Shown here piece by piece: positions 1 through 9,061 of a stretch of 64,000 nt of DNA. A program made the translations under genes and the position numbers. The notes below the pieces were generated by a model, which worked only from the letters and a program-made list of their open reading frames with translations, searched no databases and was not told the origin of the DNA. This stretch comes from Candidatus Woesearchaeota archaeon (GTDB lineage Archaea > Nanobdellota > Nanobdellia > Pacearchaeales > GW2011-AR1). The number at the start of each line of letters is the position of its first letter. The stretch's first letter is position 1. Location: NCBI GenBank assembly GCA_964413095.1, contig CAYPRJ010000002.1, positions 563 to 64,562 on the forward strand, given 5' to 3'.

Positions 1-52
1 AAAACAAAATTCATAGAAAATTTAATAACCTCCTTTTTTATAATAATATTAT

Positions 53-643
53 ATGAAACATTTTATTTATTTTTCATCTCAGGCTGCAACTTCTGGAAAA
101 GCTTTATCAAAATATTCTGAAGGAGGATTAATGAAAGCAGGAAGAATGGATATTGCAATTCATGTTATAATTGCTGCTTTTTTTCTTTCTCATTCTATAA
201 GAGAGAATGTTAAATTACATCTTGTTTTTTATGGTATGCCTACTCCTCCGCGCCATATTGAAATGCAAATAAAAAAAGGAACACCTATTAGCAAAAAAGA
301 TATTGCAGGGTTGTTGAAAAGAATTCTTTATAAATACAAAGAAGGAAAAAAGACAGAGGTTTTTCCAGGATGTTTTGTTGAGAAAAAAAGTTTTTTAGAT
401 GTTATTAGAGAGCTTGAAAAAGATAGTGAAATTTTTATTTTAGATAAAAGTGGGAAAGACATAAGAGAAACAGAAATTCCAGAAAATTGTGCTTTTATTC
501 TTGGAGACCACAATGGACTTCCAAACAAAGAATTGAAAAGATTAAAGAAGATTACAAAAAAAATTTCAATTGGCAAGAAAACTTATTTTGCCTCGCAAAC
601 TGTTGCAATTGTAAATAATGAACTTGACAGGAAAGGTATTTAG
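53..643 (+). CDS. trmY: tRNA (pseudouridine54-N1)-methyltransferase TrmY (SPOUT/DUF358)
   Basis: 196-aa ORF. Blocks GRMDIAIHVIIAAFFLSHSIRENV, PPRHIEM, FILGDHNG and the C-terminal ISIG..ASQTVAIVNNELD match my recollection of M. jannaschii TrmY (GRLDLL..AFFLSHDIRRDV, FIIGDHIG, ISLS..HCITIIHNVLD). Confidence 0.8.
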   Translation: MKHFIYFSSQAATSGKALSKYSEGGLMKAGRMDIAIHVIIAAFFLSHSIRENVKLHLVFYGMPTPPRHIEMQIKKGTPISKKDIAGLLKRILYKYKEGKKTEVFPGCFVEKKSFLDVIRELEKDSEIFILDKSGKDIRETEIPENCAFILGDHNGLPNKELKRLKKITKKISIGKKTYFASQTVAIVNNELDRKGI

Positions 644-855
644 TTTTCTATCTTGTTAATCTCCCTTTTTATCATATATTTTATATCATCTTTTTCTAAG
701 CCCATTTCATAAAGTTCTTCTGCTAAAAATATATATTCTTTTGGTAATTTTTTAAAATCAAGAAATTCTTGTATTTCTTCAATGATTTTAGGTTTTGCTT
801 TAAATGAAATTTTTGCATCAATAAACATTTTTTCACCTATTTTTACTGCCCCCAT
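640..855 (-). CDS. hypothetical small protein (71 aa)
   Basis: ORF only; no recognisable motif. Its start codon sits in the loop of a CCCCC/GGGGG hairpin (849-864). Confidence 0.4.
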   Translation of the reverse strand: MGAVKIGEKMFIDAKISFKAKPKIIEEIQEFLDFKKLPKEYIFLAEELYEMGLEKDDIKYMIKREINKIEN

Positions 856-1033
856 AAAAGGGGGTTGATTATGATCCCTCCACGAAAAGTGAGAGGTGGA
901 GGAGGAAGAGACGAAACTTAACTTGTTAAAATCAAGAAATTAGTTTATAAATCACTTATGAAAAAATAATAAAGAAAAAAATTACAGAAGTTGATTCCAC
1001 AAGCTTTATAAAAAAAAGACTTTATAAAAAAAG

Positions 1034-1777
1034 ATGAAGATAGTTCTTACTCCAGATTGGTTTTTGGGGAAAGACGTATTAATTAACAGTTTTAGTTTTA
1101 TTGTTTTGTTTATTTTCAGTTTTTTATGCTTTAGAAATTATAAAATTAACAAAAGCAAAAAATTCTTATACCTGGGTGGAGGATTTGCTCTAATAGCTCT
1201 TGCACAATTAGCAATGATTTCAACAAAATTAATTTTATATTATGATACAACTGTTACACAAACTGTAGGACAAATGATTATTACACATAATATTGTCAGT
1301 TCTGTGGACATTTTTTATCATTTGGGTTTTTTCTTTTATAGGCTTTTTATTCTTGCAGGTTTTTATATTATTTACAAATTTCCAATTCAAAAAAAATACT
1401 GGGAAGATTTTTTCCTTGTTTTATTTTTTATAACTATAATATCAATTTTAAGCAAAGACTTTTTTCTTTTATTTAATTTAACTTCTCTAGTTTTGCTTGT
1501 GCTAATAACAAAACATTATTATTTGATTTATGAAAAAAATAGATCTGGAAATACCCTGATGCTTGTCTTTGCATTCTCTCTCCTTGCATTAAGTAATGCT
1601 ATATATGTGTTTTCAAAAATAGAAGCACTTTATGTAATGGCAAACATTATAGAATTAATAGGCTATATAACTTTATTAATCTTAATTGTGAGAATTTTGA
1701 ATGGTAAGAAAAAGGAGTCGGATGGACATAATCTCAGACATATTGAGAATCATCCAAGAAAAAAAAGGCAAGATTAA
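1034..1777 (+). CDS. polytopic integral membrane protein, unknown function
   Basis: 247-aa ORF with multiple long hydrophobic segments and a basic C-terminal tail. A duplicated CTTTATAAAAAAA box lies just upstream. Confidence 0.6.
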   Translation: MKIVLTPDWFLGKDVLINSFSFIVLFIFSFLCFRNYKINKSKKFLYLGGGFALIALAQLAMISTKLILYYDTTVTQTVGQMIITHNIVSSVDIFYHLGFFFYRLFILAGFYIIYKFPIQKKYWEDFFLVLFFITIISILSKDFFLLFNLTSLVLLVLITKHYYLIYEKNRSGNTLMLVFAFSLLALSNAIYVFSKIEALYVMANIIELIGYITLLILIVRILNGKKKESDGHNLRHIENHPRKKRQD

Positions 1778-1973
1778 ACCAACCCATTTGATGTATAAAG
1801 CTAACTTGTCTCATGGACAAATGAAATTATATCTTGAAGAGCTTATGAAAAAAAAGTTGGTTAAAAAAGAAGAGTCAGAAGACTCTAATAATATACTTAT
1901 AACAAAAAAAGGAAAGGATTTTTTCTTCCAGTACAAGCAGATGAAAGAATTTGAGAATACTTTTGGGTTGTAA
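1722..1973 (+). CDS. small winged-helix DNA-binding protein (archaeal wHTH, DUF4364-like)
   Basis: Sequence [47 protein letters not shown] fits the small archaeal wHTH pattern. I start the gene at the internal ATG (1722), because the ORF-track start overlaps the upstream membrane-protein gene. Confidence 0.55.
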   Translation: MDIISDILRIIQEKKGKIKPTHLMYKANLSHGQMKLYLEELMKKKLVKKEESEDSNNILITKKGKDFFFQYKQMKEFENTFGL

Positions 1974-2007
1974 AAAACTTTAATAATCTATTCATACTTT
2001 GTTTTGC

Positions 2008-2283
2008 ATGAAAAAATCAGTCAGAATTTATGTTTCAGGAACAGTGCAGGGGGTTTTTTTCAGAGCTTTTATAAAAGAGAATGCTGAAAGATATAATGTT
2101 AAGGGTTTTGTGAGGAATTTAGAAGATGGAAGAATAGAAATTTTCTTGGAAGGAGATTCAGAAAGAGTTAACAAAATGATTGAATTATGTAAAAAAGGCC
2201 CAAAACATGCTCAGATTAGAAATGTTGAAGTAAAACCAGAGAGATTTCAGGATTTTAAATCATTCAAAGTTTTGCATATATAA
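2008..2283 (+). CDS. acyP: acylphosphatase
   Basis: VRIYVSGTVQGVFFRAFIKENAERYNVKGFVRNLEDGRIEIFLEG is the canonical acylphosphatase signature (V.G.VQGV.FR ... G.V.N..DG.VE). The ORF-track start at 1999 is TTG; the first ATG is at 2008. Confidence 0.85.
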   Translation: MKKSVRIYVSGTVQGVFFRAFIKENAERYNVKGFVRNLEDGRIEIFLEGDSERVNKMIELCKKGPKHAQIRNVEVKPERFQDFKSFKVLHI

Positions 2284-2297
2284 AAAGAGGTAAAATA

Positions 2298-2990
2298 ATG
2301 GTAAAAACAAAAATAATTGCAACAATTGGACCTGCAAGTATTGGAAAAATAAAAAACATGTATGATGCAGGAATGAATATTGCTAGAATAAATACAAAAT
2401 ACTGCTCTGAAAAAGAATGCTTGAAATTTATTAAAAAGGTTAAGAAAGTTAATAATTGTAAGATAATTTTAGATGTTAAAAATAAGGAAAAAATTAATTG
2501 GATTAAAAAGCAGGACTTTGATTATATTGCTCTTTCTTATACAAAAAATAAAAAACATATAAAAGAAATAAGAAAATTATTTCTTCCTAAAAAAATAAAA
2601 GTTATTGCTAAAATAGAAACAAAAGAAGGAATAAAAAATATAGATGAAATTATTAAAGAGAGTGAAGGAGCAATGGTTGCAAGAGGAGATTTGGGAAAAA
2701 ATATTTCTTTTGAAAAAGTCCCTATTATTCAAAAAATAATTCTTAAAAAAGAAAAGAAAAAAGGAAAATTTACAATAACTGCAACTGAAATGCTTTTATC
2801 TTTGATGGATTCAAAAACTCCAGAAAATTCAGAAGTTAGTGATATTGCAAATGCTGTTCTTGATGGTAGTGATGCTTTAATGCTCTCAGAAGAAACTGCA
2901 ATAGGCAAGTATCCTGTTTTAGCTGTCAAGACAATGAATAAAATAATAAAATATACTGAAAAAAACAGAAATAAAATAGAAGAAAAATGA
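2298..2990 (+). CDS. pyruvate kinase-like protein, barrel (A) domain only; no lid (B) or C-terminal domain
   Basis: KTKIIATIGPAS, AKIETKEG, MVARGDLG and TATEMLLSLM..P..SEVSDIANAVLDGSDALMLSEETAIGKYP match pyruvate kinase A-domain motifs. The protein is only 230 aa, and LDVKNKEKINW runs directly into the DFDYIALSY block where the B domain normally sits. Confidence 0.6.
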   Translation: MVKTKIIATIGPASIGKIKNMYDAGMNIARINTKYCSEKECLKFIKKVKKVNNCKIILDVKNKEKINWIKKQDFDYIALSYTKNKKHIKEIRKLFLPKKIKVIAKIETKEGIKNIDEIIKESEGAMVARGDLGKNISFEKVPIIQKIILKKEKKKGKFTITATEMLLSLMDSKTPENSEVSDIANAVLDGSDALMLSEETAIGKYPVLAVKTMNKIIKYTEKNRNKIEEK

Positions 2991-3409
2991 TTTACACAAA
3001 TTCTGACGGAGGTGCAAGAGGAAATCCAGGTCCAGGAGCTATAGGTGTCATAGTCAGGCAAGAGGGAAAAATTCTTACAAAATATAGTTCAAAAATTGGA
3101 GACATAGTTACAAACAATATTGCAGAATATGAAGCTCTGATAAAAGCATTAGAATTAGCTTCTAAGTTCACTAACAAAGAAATTACTTGTCAGCTAGATT
3201 CTGAACTTGTTGTTAAACAGCTTTTAGGAGAATACAGAGTAAAAAATGAAAAACTCAGAGGGTTGTTTTGTAAAGTTCAAAAACTACAAGATAGATTTGA
3301 AAAAATAAAATATGTTCATGTTAGAAGAGAGGATAAATTTCAACAAATAGCTGATGAACTTTTAAATGAAGAATTAGATAAGTTGGGTTATAAGAGGTAT
3401 AAGAGATAA
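2987..3409 (+). CDS. rnhA: ribonuclease HI (archaeal short type)
   Basis: SDGGARGNPGPGAIGVIV, NNIAEYEALIKALELA and DSELVVKQL are RNase H type 1 motifs. A 4-nt ATGA overlap with the upstream gene suggests coupling. Confidence 0.8.
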   Translation: MIYTNSDGGARGNPGPGAIGVIVRQEGKILTKYSSKIGDIVTNNIAEYEALIKALELASKFTNKEITCQLDSELVVKQLLGEYRVKNEKLRGLFCKVQKLQDRFEKIKYVHVRREDKFQQIADELLNEELDKLGYKRYKR

Positions 3410-3427
3410 TTTACACTCCTCTAGTTG

Positions 3428-3505
3428 TTCGCTAAGAAACAATTTAATTAATTCTAGTTTTATATTAATTGTAAATCTGCGAGCGTGAGCGAGCAGGTAT
3501 TCTTA
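3428..3505 (+). repeat. dispersed intergenic element, copy 3 (divergent)
   Basis: TTCGCTAAGAAACAATTTAATTAAT...TGCGAGCGTGAGCGAGCAGGTATT is collinear with the elements at 19844-19936 and 25904-25995 (TTCGCTAA, AATTAAT, TGCGAG, GC.GA.CAGG..ATT). Confidence 0.5.
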
Positions 3506-3547
3506 TGTTCCAAAAACATATTTAAACTTCTCTTCTGTTTTTAGAAT

Positions 3548-5053
3548 ATGGAGAAATTTTTTTGGGCTGATGCTCTTGCAAATAAAATTATCAAAGAAAA
3601 AGGTAAGAAAAGTGAATATGCCTGTGCTTCTGGAATTACTCCTTCTGGAACAATTCATATAGGAAATTTTAGAGAAGTTATAACTACTGAGCTTGTTGTT
3701 AAGGCATTAAAAGATAAAGGAAAAAAAGTTCGGTTTATTTATTCTTGGGATGATTATGATAGATTTAGAAAAGTCCCAAAAGATATTCCTGAAAACAAGA
3801 AAAAAGAATTTGAAAAATATATTGGAATGCCTTTAAGTGAAATTCCTTCTCTATTTGGAAAAGGTGATTATGCGAAATATTTTGAAAAACAGTTTGAATC
3901 TTCTTTAAGTAAGATTGGAATAGAACCAGAATTTATAAGACAAAATCTTATGAACAAAAAATGCAAATATTCAAGTTTGATTAAAAATGCTTTAGACAAA
4001 AGAGAAGACATTATGAAAATTCTTAACAAATATAGAAAAGAGCCACTTAGCAAAAATTGGATGCCTATCAGTGTTTATTGCGAAAAGTGTAAAAAAGATT
4101 CTACTAAGATAACAAAGGTAAAAAATTATATTATAGAATATGAATGTAAATGTGGTTTCAGGGGAGAGTTTGATTTTAGAAAAAAAGGTTTAGCAAAAAT
4201 GAAATGGAGAGTTGACTGGCCTGCTCGTTGGAAATATGAGAAAGTTGATTTTGAGCCAGGGGGAATAGACCATAGTGTTTATGGTGGAAGTTATATGACT
4301 TCAAAAGAAGTTGTAAAAAAAGTATTTGGTTATGAAGCTCCTTTTTATCAAATTTATGAATGGGTCAGAATTAAAGGAGGAAAAGAATTCTCAAGTTCTG
4401 CTGGAAATGTTACAACTTTGAAACAAGTTGAAGAAATTTATGAACCAGAGATTTTAAGATATTTATTTGTTAGTACAAGACCAAACAAAGGCTTTCAAAT
4501 AAGTTTTGATAATGATGTGATAAAAATTTATGAAGATTATGATACTTTAGAAAGAAAATATTACGAAGGAAAAGCAAACGCACAAGAGAAAAGAATTTAT
4601 GAATTATCTCAGATAAAAAAACCAGCAAAGAACAAACCAGAAAGAATTAGTTTCAGGCATTTAATTACAATTATACAGGCAGGAAAACAAAAAGAATTGA
4701 AAGGTAAAAATAAAGAAAGAGCTGAAAAAGTTGCTTCTTGGTTAAGTAAATATGCTGGAGAAGATATGAAATTCCAGATACAAGAAAGCATAAAAACTAA
4801 ATTAAATAATAAAGAAAAAAAAGCTCTTATAAAGTTGAGAGAAAAATTAAAAAAAGAAGATAAAAACCTTACAGAAGAAAAATTATTTAATGAATTTTAT
4901 GAAATTTGTAAAGATGAAAATATAAACAACAAAGAATTTTTTGATGCTGCTTACAGAGCTATTATAAACAAGAAAAAAGGACCGCGTCTAGCTAATTTGA
5001 TTTTAACTATAGGAAAAGATAAAATAATTAAATTATTGGAGAAAATAAAATGA
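3548..5053 (+). CDS. lysK: lysyl-tRNA synthetase, class I
   Basis: FWADALANKII...ASGITPSGTIHIGNFREV (HIGN motif) together with the overall class I LysRS layout; 501 aa. Confidence 0.9.
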   Translation: MEKFFWADALANKIIKEKGKKSEYACASGITPSGTIHIGNFREVITTELVVKALKDKGKKVRFIYSWDDYDRFRKVPKDIPENKKKEFEKYIGMPLSEIPSLFGKGDYAKYFEKQFESSLSKIGIEPEFIRQNLMNKKCKYSSLIKNALDKREDIMKILNKYRKEPLSKNWMPISVYCEKCKKDSTKITKVKNYIIEYECKCGFRGEFDFRKKGLAKMKWRVDWPARWKYEKVDFEPGGIDHSVYGGSYMTSKEVVKKVFGYEAPFYQIYEWVRIKGGKEFSSSAGNVTTLKQVEEIYEPEILRYLFVSTRPNKGFQISFDNDVIKIYEDYDTLERKYYEGKANAQEKRIYELSQIKKPAKNKPERISFRHLITIIQAGKQKELKGKNKERAEKVASWLSKYAGEDMKFQIQESIKTKLNNKEKKALIKLREKLKKEDKNLTEEKLFNEFYEICKDENINNKEFFDAAYRAIINKKKGPRLANLILTIGKDKIIKLLEKIK

Positions 5054-5634
5054 CATTTCCAATTTCCAGAGAGCAAGCAGTTAAATTTCTTAAAAGCATT
5101 CCACAAAAAGAATCAGATATGAATCATTATTTAGAAAGTGAGGCAATTATGAGGGCTGTTGCTGAGAAATTTGGAGAAGATATTGAATACTGGGGGATGT
5201 TGGGTTTGTTACATGATGTAGACTGGGCATTAACAAAAAATAATGTGGCAGAACATTGTGTGAAAGCAGAAGAAATTTTAAAATCAAAAGGATTTGACGG
5301 TGAGTTTATTCAAATTGTGCAGTCACATGGTTATGGGCACGAGATTATTCCAAAATTAAAAGATAAACAAAGAACCAGAAAAGTGGAGTACGCACTTGCT
5401 GCAGCAGAAACTTTAACTGGTTTAATTCATGCTTATACTTTAATGAGAGAAAAGAAAATTTCAGATATGAAAGTTAAAGGATTAAAGAAAAAATTCAAAG
5501 ACAAAACATTTACTGCTAACTGCAATCGGGATATAATCAGAGAAATAGAAAAAACAGGTTTGACACTTGATGGATTTTTTGAAATTTCAATCCAAGCAAT
5601 TAAAAATATAAAAAGCGAGATTGGTTTGAAATAA
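5050..5634 (+). CDS. HD-domain phosphohydrolase (COG2316-like)
   Basis: H...LGLLHDVDW, with further His residues (SHGYGHE), is typical of HD superfamily hydrolases. ATGA overlap with lysK. Confidence 0.65.
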   Translation: MTFPISREQAVKFLKSIPQKESDMNHYLESEAIMRAVAEKFGEDIEYWGMLGLLHDVDWALTKNNVAEHCVKAEEILKSKGFDGEFIQIVQSHGYGHEIIPKLKDKQRTRKVEYALAAAETLTGLIHAYTLMREKKISDMKVKGLKKKFKDKTFTANCNRDIIREIEKTGLTLDGFFEISIQAIKNIKSEIGLK

Positions 5635-5635
5635 G

Positions 5636-5821
5636 ATGTCATTAATCATAAAATCTAATATAAGGAAAGTTGTGAAAGAGCTTGATAAAGAAAATGCAGT
5701 TAGCAGTATTGCAGATGAAGTTGGCATGGCTTTAGAAAGGCGCGTTGAAGAGCTTTTGCAAGATGCAATAAAGCGCGCGAAGGCAAATGGAAGAAGAACA
5801 ATTCAGGCAAGAGATTTGTGA
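5636..5821 (+). CDS. small histone-fold-like protein (DUF1931-like)
   Basis: 61 aa. The ending ...RVEELLQDAIKRAKANGRRTIQARDL resembles the alpha2-L2-alpha3 end of histone-fold/DUF1931 proteins (A...A...GRKT....D). Confidence 0.55.
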   Translation: MSLIIKSNIRKVVKELDKENAVSSIADEVGMALERRVEELLQDAIKRAKANGRRTIQARDL

Positions 5822-5964
5822 TAGAGAAATAGAGATATTAATGACTATTACAAGTGCTGAGCAGAGGGACTTGTGAAAGAGAAATTTAAACAAAACAATA
5901 ACTTTTATAAGTGCCGAGTAAAGAGATTTGTAAAACTTAAATAGTTCTATTGATTATTTTTTTT

Positions 5965-6513
5965 ATGAAAAAGGTGAAAAAGGAAAATAAAGAAAAAATT
6001 ATGGAAATAATTGAAAAGGCAGGAAGCAAAGAATATGAAACTTCTTGGAATGAAAAAGGAGTTCCGTATAAATTAAAGAAAAAATCTGAAATTAAAAAAG
6101 GCAGAAGTTCTAAGGCGCGTGGAGCGAAGTTTGAATTAAAAGTCAGAAAAGATTTAGAAAGCAAAGGAAGAATTGTAGACAAATGGAACAATAATGTTGA
6201 TTTACAAGAAGACAAATTAATTATTGCAAAACGGAAATATAATCCTTATTTTAAAGCTATGACAATTGGAACAGGTTTTCCTGACTTTATCTCTATTAAA
6301 CTTATTCAAAAAGGAATTTATAGTGTTATTGGAGTTGAAGTTAAGATTAATGGAATTTTATCAAAAGAGGAAAAAATAAAATGTGCTTGGTATCTACAAA
6401 AAGGAATTTTTTCTCAAATCTGGATTGCAAAAGCTGTTAAAAAGGGAAGAAAAATAGAAGTTGAATATGATGATTTTGAAGAAAAGTATGGAAAGAAATA
6501 CAATAAAATTTAA
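5965..6513 (+). CDS. PD-(D/E)xK nuclease, Holliday-junction-resolvase (Hjc)-like
   Basis: RGAKFELKVRKDLESKG ... GFPDFISI ... IGVEVK reproduces the Hjc motif order (G.AFE..V...L...G / PD.I / .E.K). The first ATG is at 5965; the track start at 5950 is TTG. Confidence 0.5.
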   Translation: MKKVKKENKEKIMEIIEKAGSKEYETSWNEKGVPYKLKKKSEIKKGRSSKARGAKFELKVRKDLESKGRIVDKWNNNVDLQEDKLIIAKRKYNPYFKAMTIGTGFPDFISIKLIQKGIYSVIGVEVKINGILSKEEKIKCAWYLQKGIFSQIWIAKAVKKGRKIEVEYDDFEEKYGKKYNKI

Positions 6514-6537
6514 AATTAATTATATCTTTAGAAGTTT

Positions 6538-7068
6538 ATGAGAAAATTAGTGGTTTTGGCTTTGTTTTTATTAATTAATATTTCTTTTATTTCTGCATCT
6601 TGTAATGAAGGACAGATTGATGTGAATACTGCAGATAAAGAAAAGTTACAGGAGATTAATGGAATAGGTCCTGCTTATGCAGAACAAATAATCGCATTAA
6701 GACCTTTTGAGTCTATAGATGATTTAGTTAGAGTAAGTGGTATTGCAGAAAAAAGTCTTGAGAATATAAAAACAAATAATCCTGGGCTTATATGTGTTGA
6801 AGAAAGCAAAGATGAAGAAAATGAAGAAGATAAAGAGTATGAAGATTCAGAAGAAAGCAAGAAGATTAAAGAAAATAATCCAATTGAAGAAGTAGTTAAA
6901 AAAGAGCCGAAGTTTGTTGAGTTAGATGCACAAATTATAAAAAGGCAGAAAAATACTGAAAATCACAAGAATAATTATTCAGTTTATGGATTTGTGGGTT
7001 TTTGCGTTTTGCTTGGATTTTTATTCATGTTAAAAAAAATAAGATATAATAAAAATGAATTCAGATGA
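6538..7068 (+). CDS. membrane-anchored ComEA-like helix-hairpin-helix DNA-binding protein
   Basis: N-terminal signal sequence; IDVNTADKEKLQEINGIGPAYAEQIIALRPFESIDDLVRVSGIAEKSLENIK is the ComEA-type HhH pattern. An acidic linker, a C-terminal TM segment and a basic tail follow. Confidence 0.7.
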   Translation: MRKLVVLALFLLINISFISASCNEGQIDVNTADKEKLQEINGIGPAYAEQIIALRPFESIDDLVRVSGIAEKSLENIKTNNPGLICVEESKDEENEEDKEYEDSEESKKIKENNPIEEVVKKEPKFVELDAQIIKRQKNTENHKNNYSVYGFVGFCVLLGFLFMLKKIRYNKNEFR

Positions 7069-7501
7069 AGACACAAAAGGAATTGAAGCTTCTTTAATAT
7101 TTGAAATTATAGGAAAACCCAAGGAGCATATAGTTGAATCTTTGAATAAAATAATAGATGCAATTGACAAAGAAAAAGGGGTGACTGTTAAAAGCAAAAA
7201 AGTGAATGAGCCAAAAGAAATGAAAGATAAAAAAGATTTTTTCACGACTTTTGCAGAAGTTGAGGTTGAAATTGAAGAACTTATGAATCTAGCTATGTTG
7301 ATGTTTAAATATATGCCAGCTCATGTTGAAATTGTTTCTCCTGAACTAATTGCTTTATCAAATAATAGTTGGAGTGAAATTCTTAGTGAATTAACAAGAA
7401 GACTTCATGGTTATGATGAAGTTGCAAGGATGGCTCAGACAGAAAAAGCAATTCTTGAAAAAAAGTTAAGAGAAGCTTTAGGAAAAAATGAGAATAAATA
7501 A
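7055..7501 (+). CDS. hypothetical protein (148 aa)
   Basis: ORF only. Overlaps the upstream gene by 14 nt, suggesting operonic arrangement. Confidence 0.45.
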   Translation: MNSDEDTKGIEASLIFEIIGKPKEHIVESLNKIIDAIDKEKGVTVKSKKVNEPKEMKDKKDFFTTFAEVEVEIEELMNLAMLMFKYMPAHVEIVSPELIALSNNSWSEILSELTRRLHGYDEVARMAQTEKAILEKKLREALGKNENK

Positions 7502-7718
7502 TATAACAGCAATTTCAGGTATTGCTCCTTTTACTGGTTATTGCCATGATTTTATTAAAAAGAGTTGTGATTCTGGAAAAGAACCAGAAGAATTAAAAGA
7601 AAAAAGAATAAATCTAATTTTAGAAGAGGAAAGAAAAAAGGTTCAACCAATTTATAATTCAAAAGGAAAACTTATAGAATATGACAAATATGGAAGACAT
7701 CTCAGTATTACAGTGTGA
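7488..7718 (+). CDS. hypothetical protein (76 aa)
   Basis: ORF only; overlaps the preceding ORF. Confidence 0.35.
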   Translation: MRINNITAISGIAPFTGYCHDFIKKSCDSGKEPEELKEKRINLILEEERKKVQPIYNSKGKLIEYDKYGRHLSITV

Positions 7719-9008
7719 TTATTTTTTTCCTTTTGCTATTTTTAATAAATTTATTGGCTTTTTAGCTTTTTTATATTTTCTTCTATAAAACCAAAAAATT
7801 AAAACCATTATAAAAATAATAATGATTATTGCTATAATTCTTCCTGTTTGACTTTTCCCTTCTTCTTTAATACATTCCCCAAGACAACAAACATTGTCCT
7901 TTGCATATCCTTCTTCTCCGTCACAATTTTCATTATCCTTACAAACAGTTCCCCCTTGTTCTGCACATGTTTTTTCTGTTGTAATCACTCCAGAAGTTTC
8001 CTCTGGAATTTCTTCTTTAGTGTAATTTTTTAAGAAAGTTAAAAAAATGTCAGAAGATACATTTAATTCATCTGTTGTAGCTGTAAGCTTTCCATAAACA
8101 CTTGCTTCTTTTTCTGAAAAAAAAGACACATTTATTTTAATGTTGGACTCTGGCTCTAAGTTCTCAATTTTGCTTGGGGAAGCATTTAAATAAGATTTTA
8201 ATGCACCTGAAAACGAGAAAGTTATATCAGATAAATTTTCTCCTCCTGTATTGTAAAGATAAAAAGTTCTGCTTGTTTTTGAATTCACAGGCAGAGAAAT
8301 TTCTGTTTCAGAGGGCTCAATTTTAAAACTCTTCTCTTTTTTCTTTTCTTCTTGTTGATAAACATAAACAGGAACCTGATACTCTGTATTTTCTGAATCC
8401 AAACTTATCTTGTTTAATCCTAAATCAAAATAATTTAAAGAAAATTTTATTTTTTCTTTTTGTCCTGTTTGCAAAATTATTGAGCTTTGGTTTTCTATTT
8501 CTTCTTGTTCTTCAGACCAACCAAAAAGTCCTTCACTGGTTTTTTCTGGAGCTTTGTTTATGTTAATTTTTATTTCTATATCATGATTTTTTAAATTTTT
8601 AGCTTCAATAAAAAAATCCTTATTTGTTGTTGCAAAACCAGGTTCTATTGAAAAGTCAGCTTTGTTTTCATTTATTGAGAAATTTTTTGTTATGTCTTCT
8701 TCTGTTGTTTTATCAAATTCAACATGCCTAACATTTTTTATTACAAGGGAATAATTGCCTGGATTTTTTCCTAATAAATCAGCATAAATATAAAAATTAT
8801 CTCCTATTTTTGAAACATCATAATTCACAGGAACTCTAACATGTTCTCTATAGAAAAATACATTCTCTTGTAAAATTGGCTCAAGAAAATTTCCTAATAC
8901 TTCAGCTATTAAAGTTTCTCCCTGACTAAAATTTGTTTTCATATCCACTTCTACTGCAGAAATTAAAGGAATTAATAAAACTAAAATTAATATCACTAAC
9001 TTTTTCAT
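7719..9008 (-). CDS. secreted/membrane-anchored surface protein with a juxtamembrane Cys-rich module
   Basis: Signal peptide (MKKLVILILVLLIPLISA), a beta-rich ectodomain, then CAEQGGTVCKDNENCDG...NVCCLGEC, followed by a TM segment (IIAIIIIIFIMVLIFWF) and a basic tail. Confidence 0.6.
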   Translation of the reverse strand: MKKLVILILVLLIPLISAVEVDMKTNFSQGETLIAEVLGNFLEPILQENVFFYREHVRVPVNYDVSKIGDNFYIYADLLGKNPGNYSLVIKNVRHVEFDKTTEEDITKNFSINENKADFSIEPGFATTNKDFFIEAKNLKNHDIEIKININKAPEKTSEGLFGWSEEQEEIENQSSIILQTGQKEKIKFSLNYFDLGLNKISLDSENTEYQVPVYVYQQEEKKKEKSFKIEPSETEISLPVNSKTSRTFYLYNTGGENLSDITFSFSGALKSYLNASPSKIENLEPESNIKINVSFFSEKEASVYGKLTATTDELNVSSDIFLTFLKNYTKEEIPEETSGVITTEKTCAEQGGTVCKDNENCDGEEGYAKDNVCCLGECIKEEGKSQTGRIIAIIIIIFIMVLIFWFYRRKYKKAKKPINLLKIAKGKK

Positions 9009-9061
9009 GACTAATCAAAAGAAAATAGGTTAATAAAGTTTTTTTGTTTTGGTTCTGGAAC

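Noticed and set aside
849-902. A GC-rich island with two hairpins (CCCCC-ATAAAA-GGGGG around the start codon of the 71-aa ORF; CCTCCAC...GTGGAGG at 877-902), considered as a possible small RNA.
   Set aside because: It is too short and has no recognisable RNA family features (not tRNA, SRP or RNase P-like). It could simply be a 5'-UTR/terminator structure between divergent or convergent genes. I left it unannotated.
5797-5943. Whether the three spaced repeats, or the ATT tract at 14646-14699, could be a CRISPR array.
   Set aside because: There are only three degenerate units, the first lies inside a gene, repeat length and spacer regularity are not CRISPR-like, and there are no cas genes. The ATT tract is a simple microsatellite.
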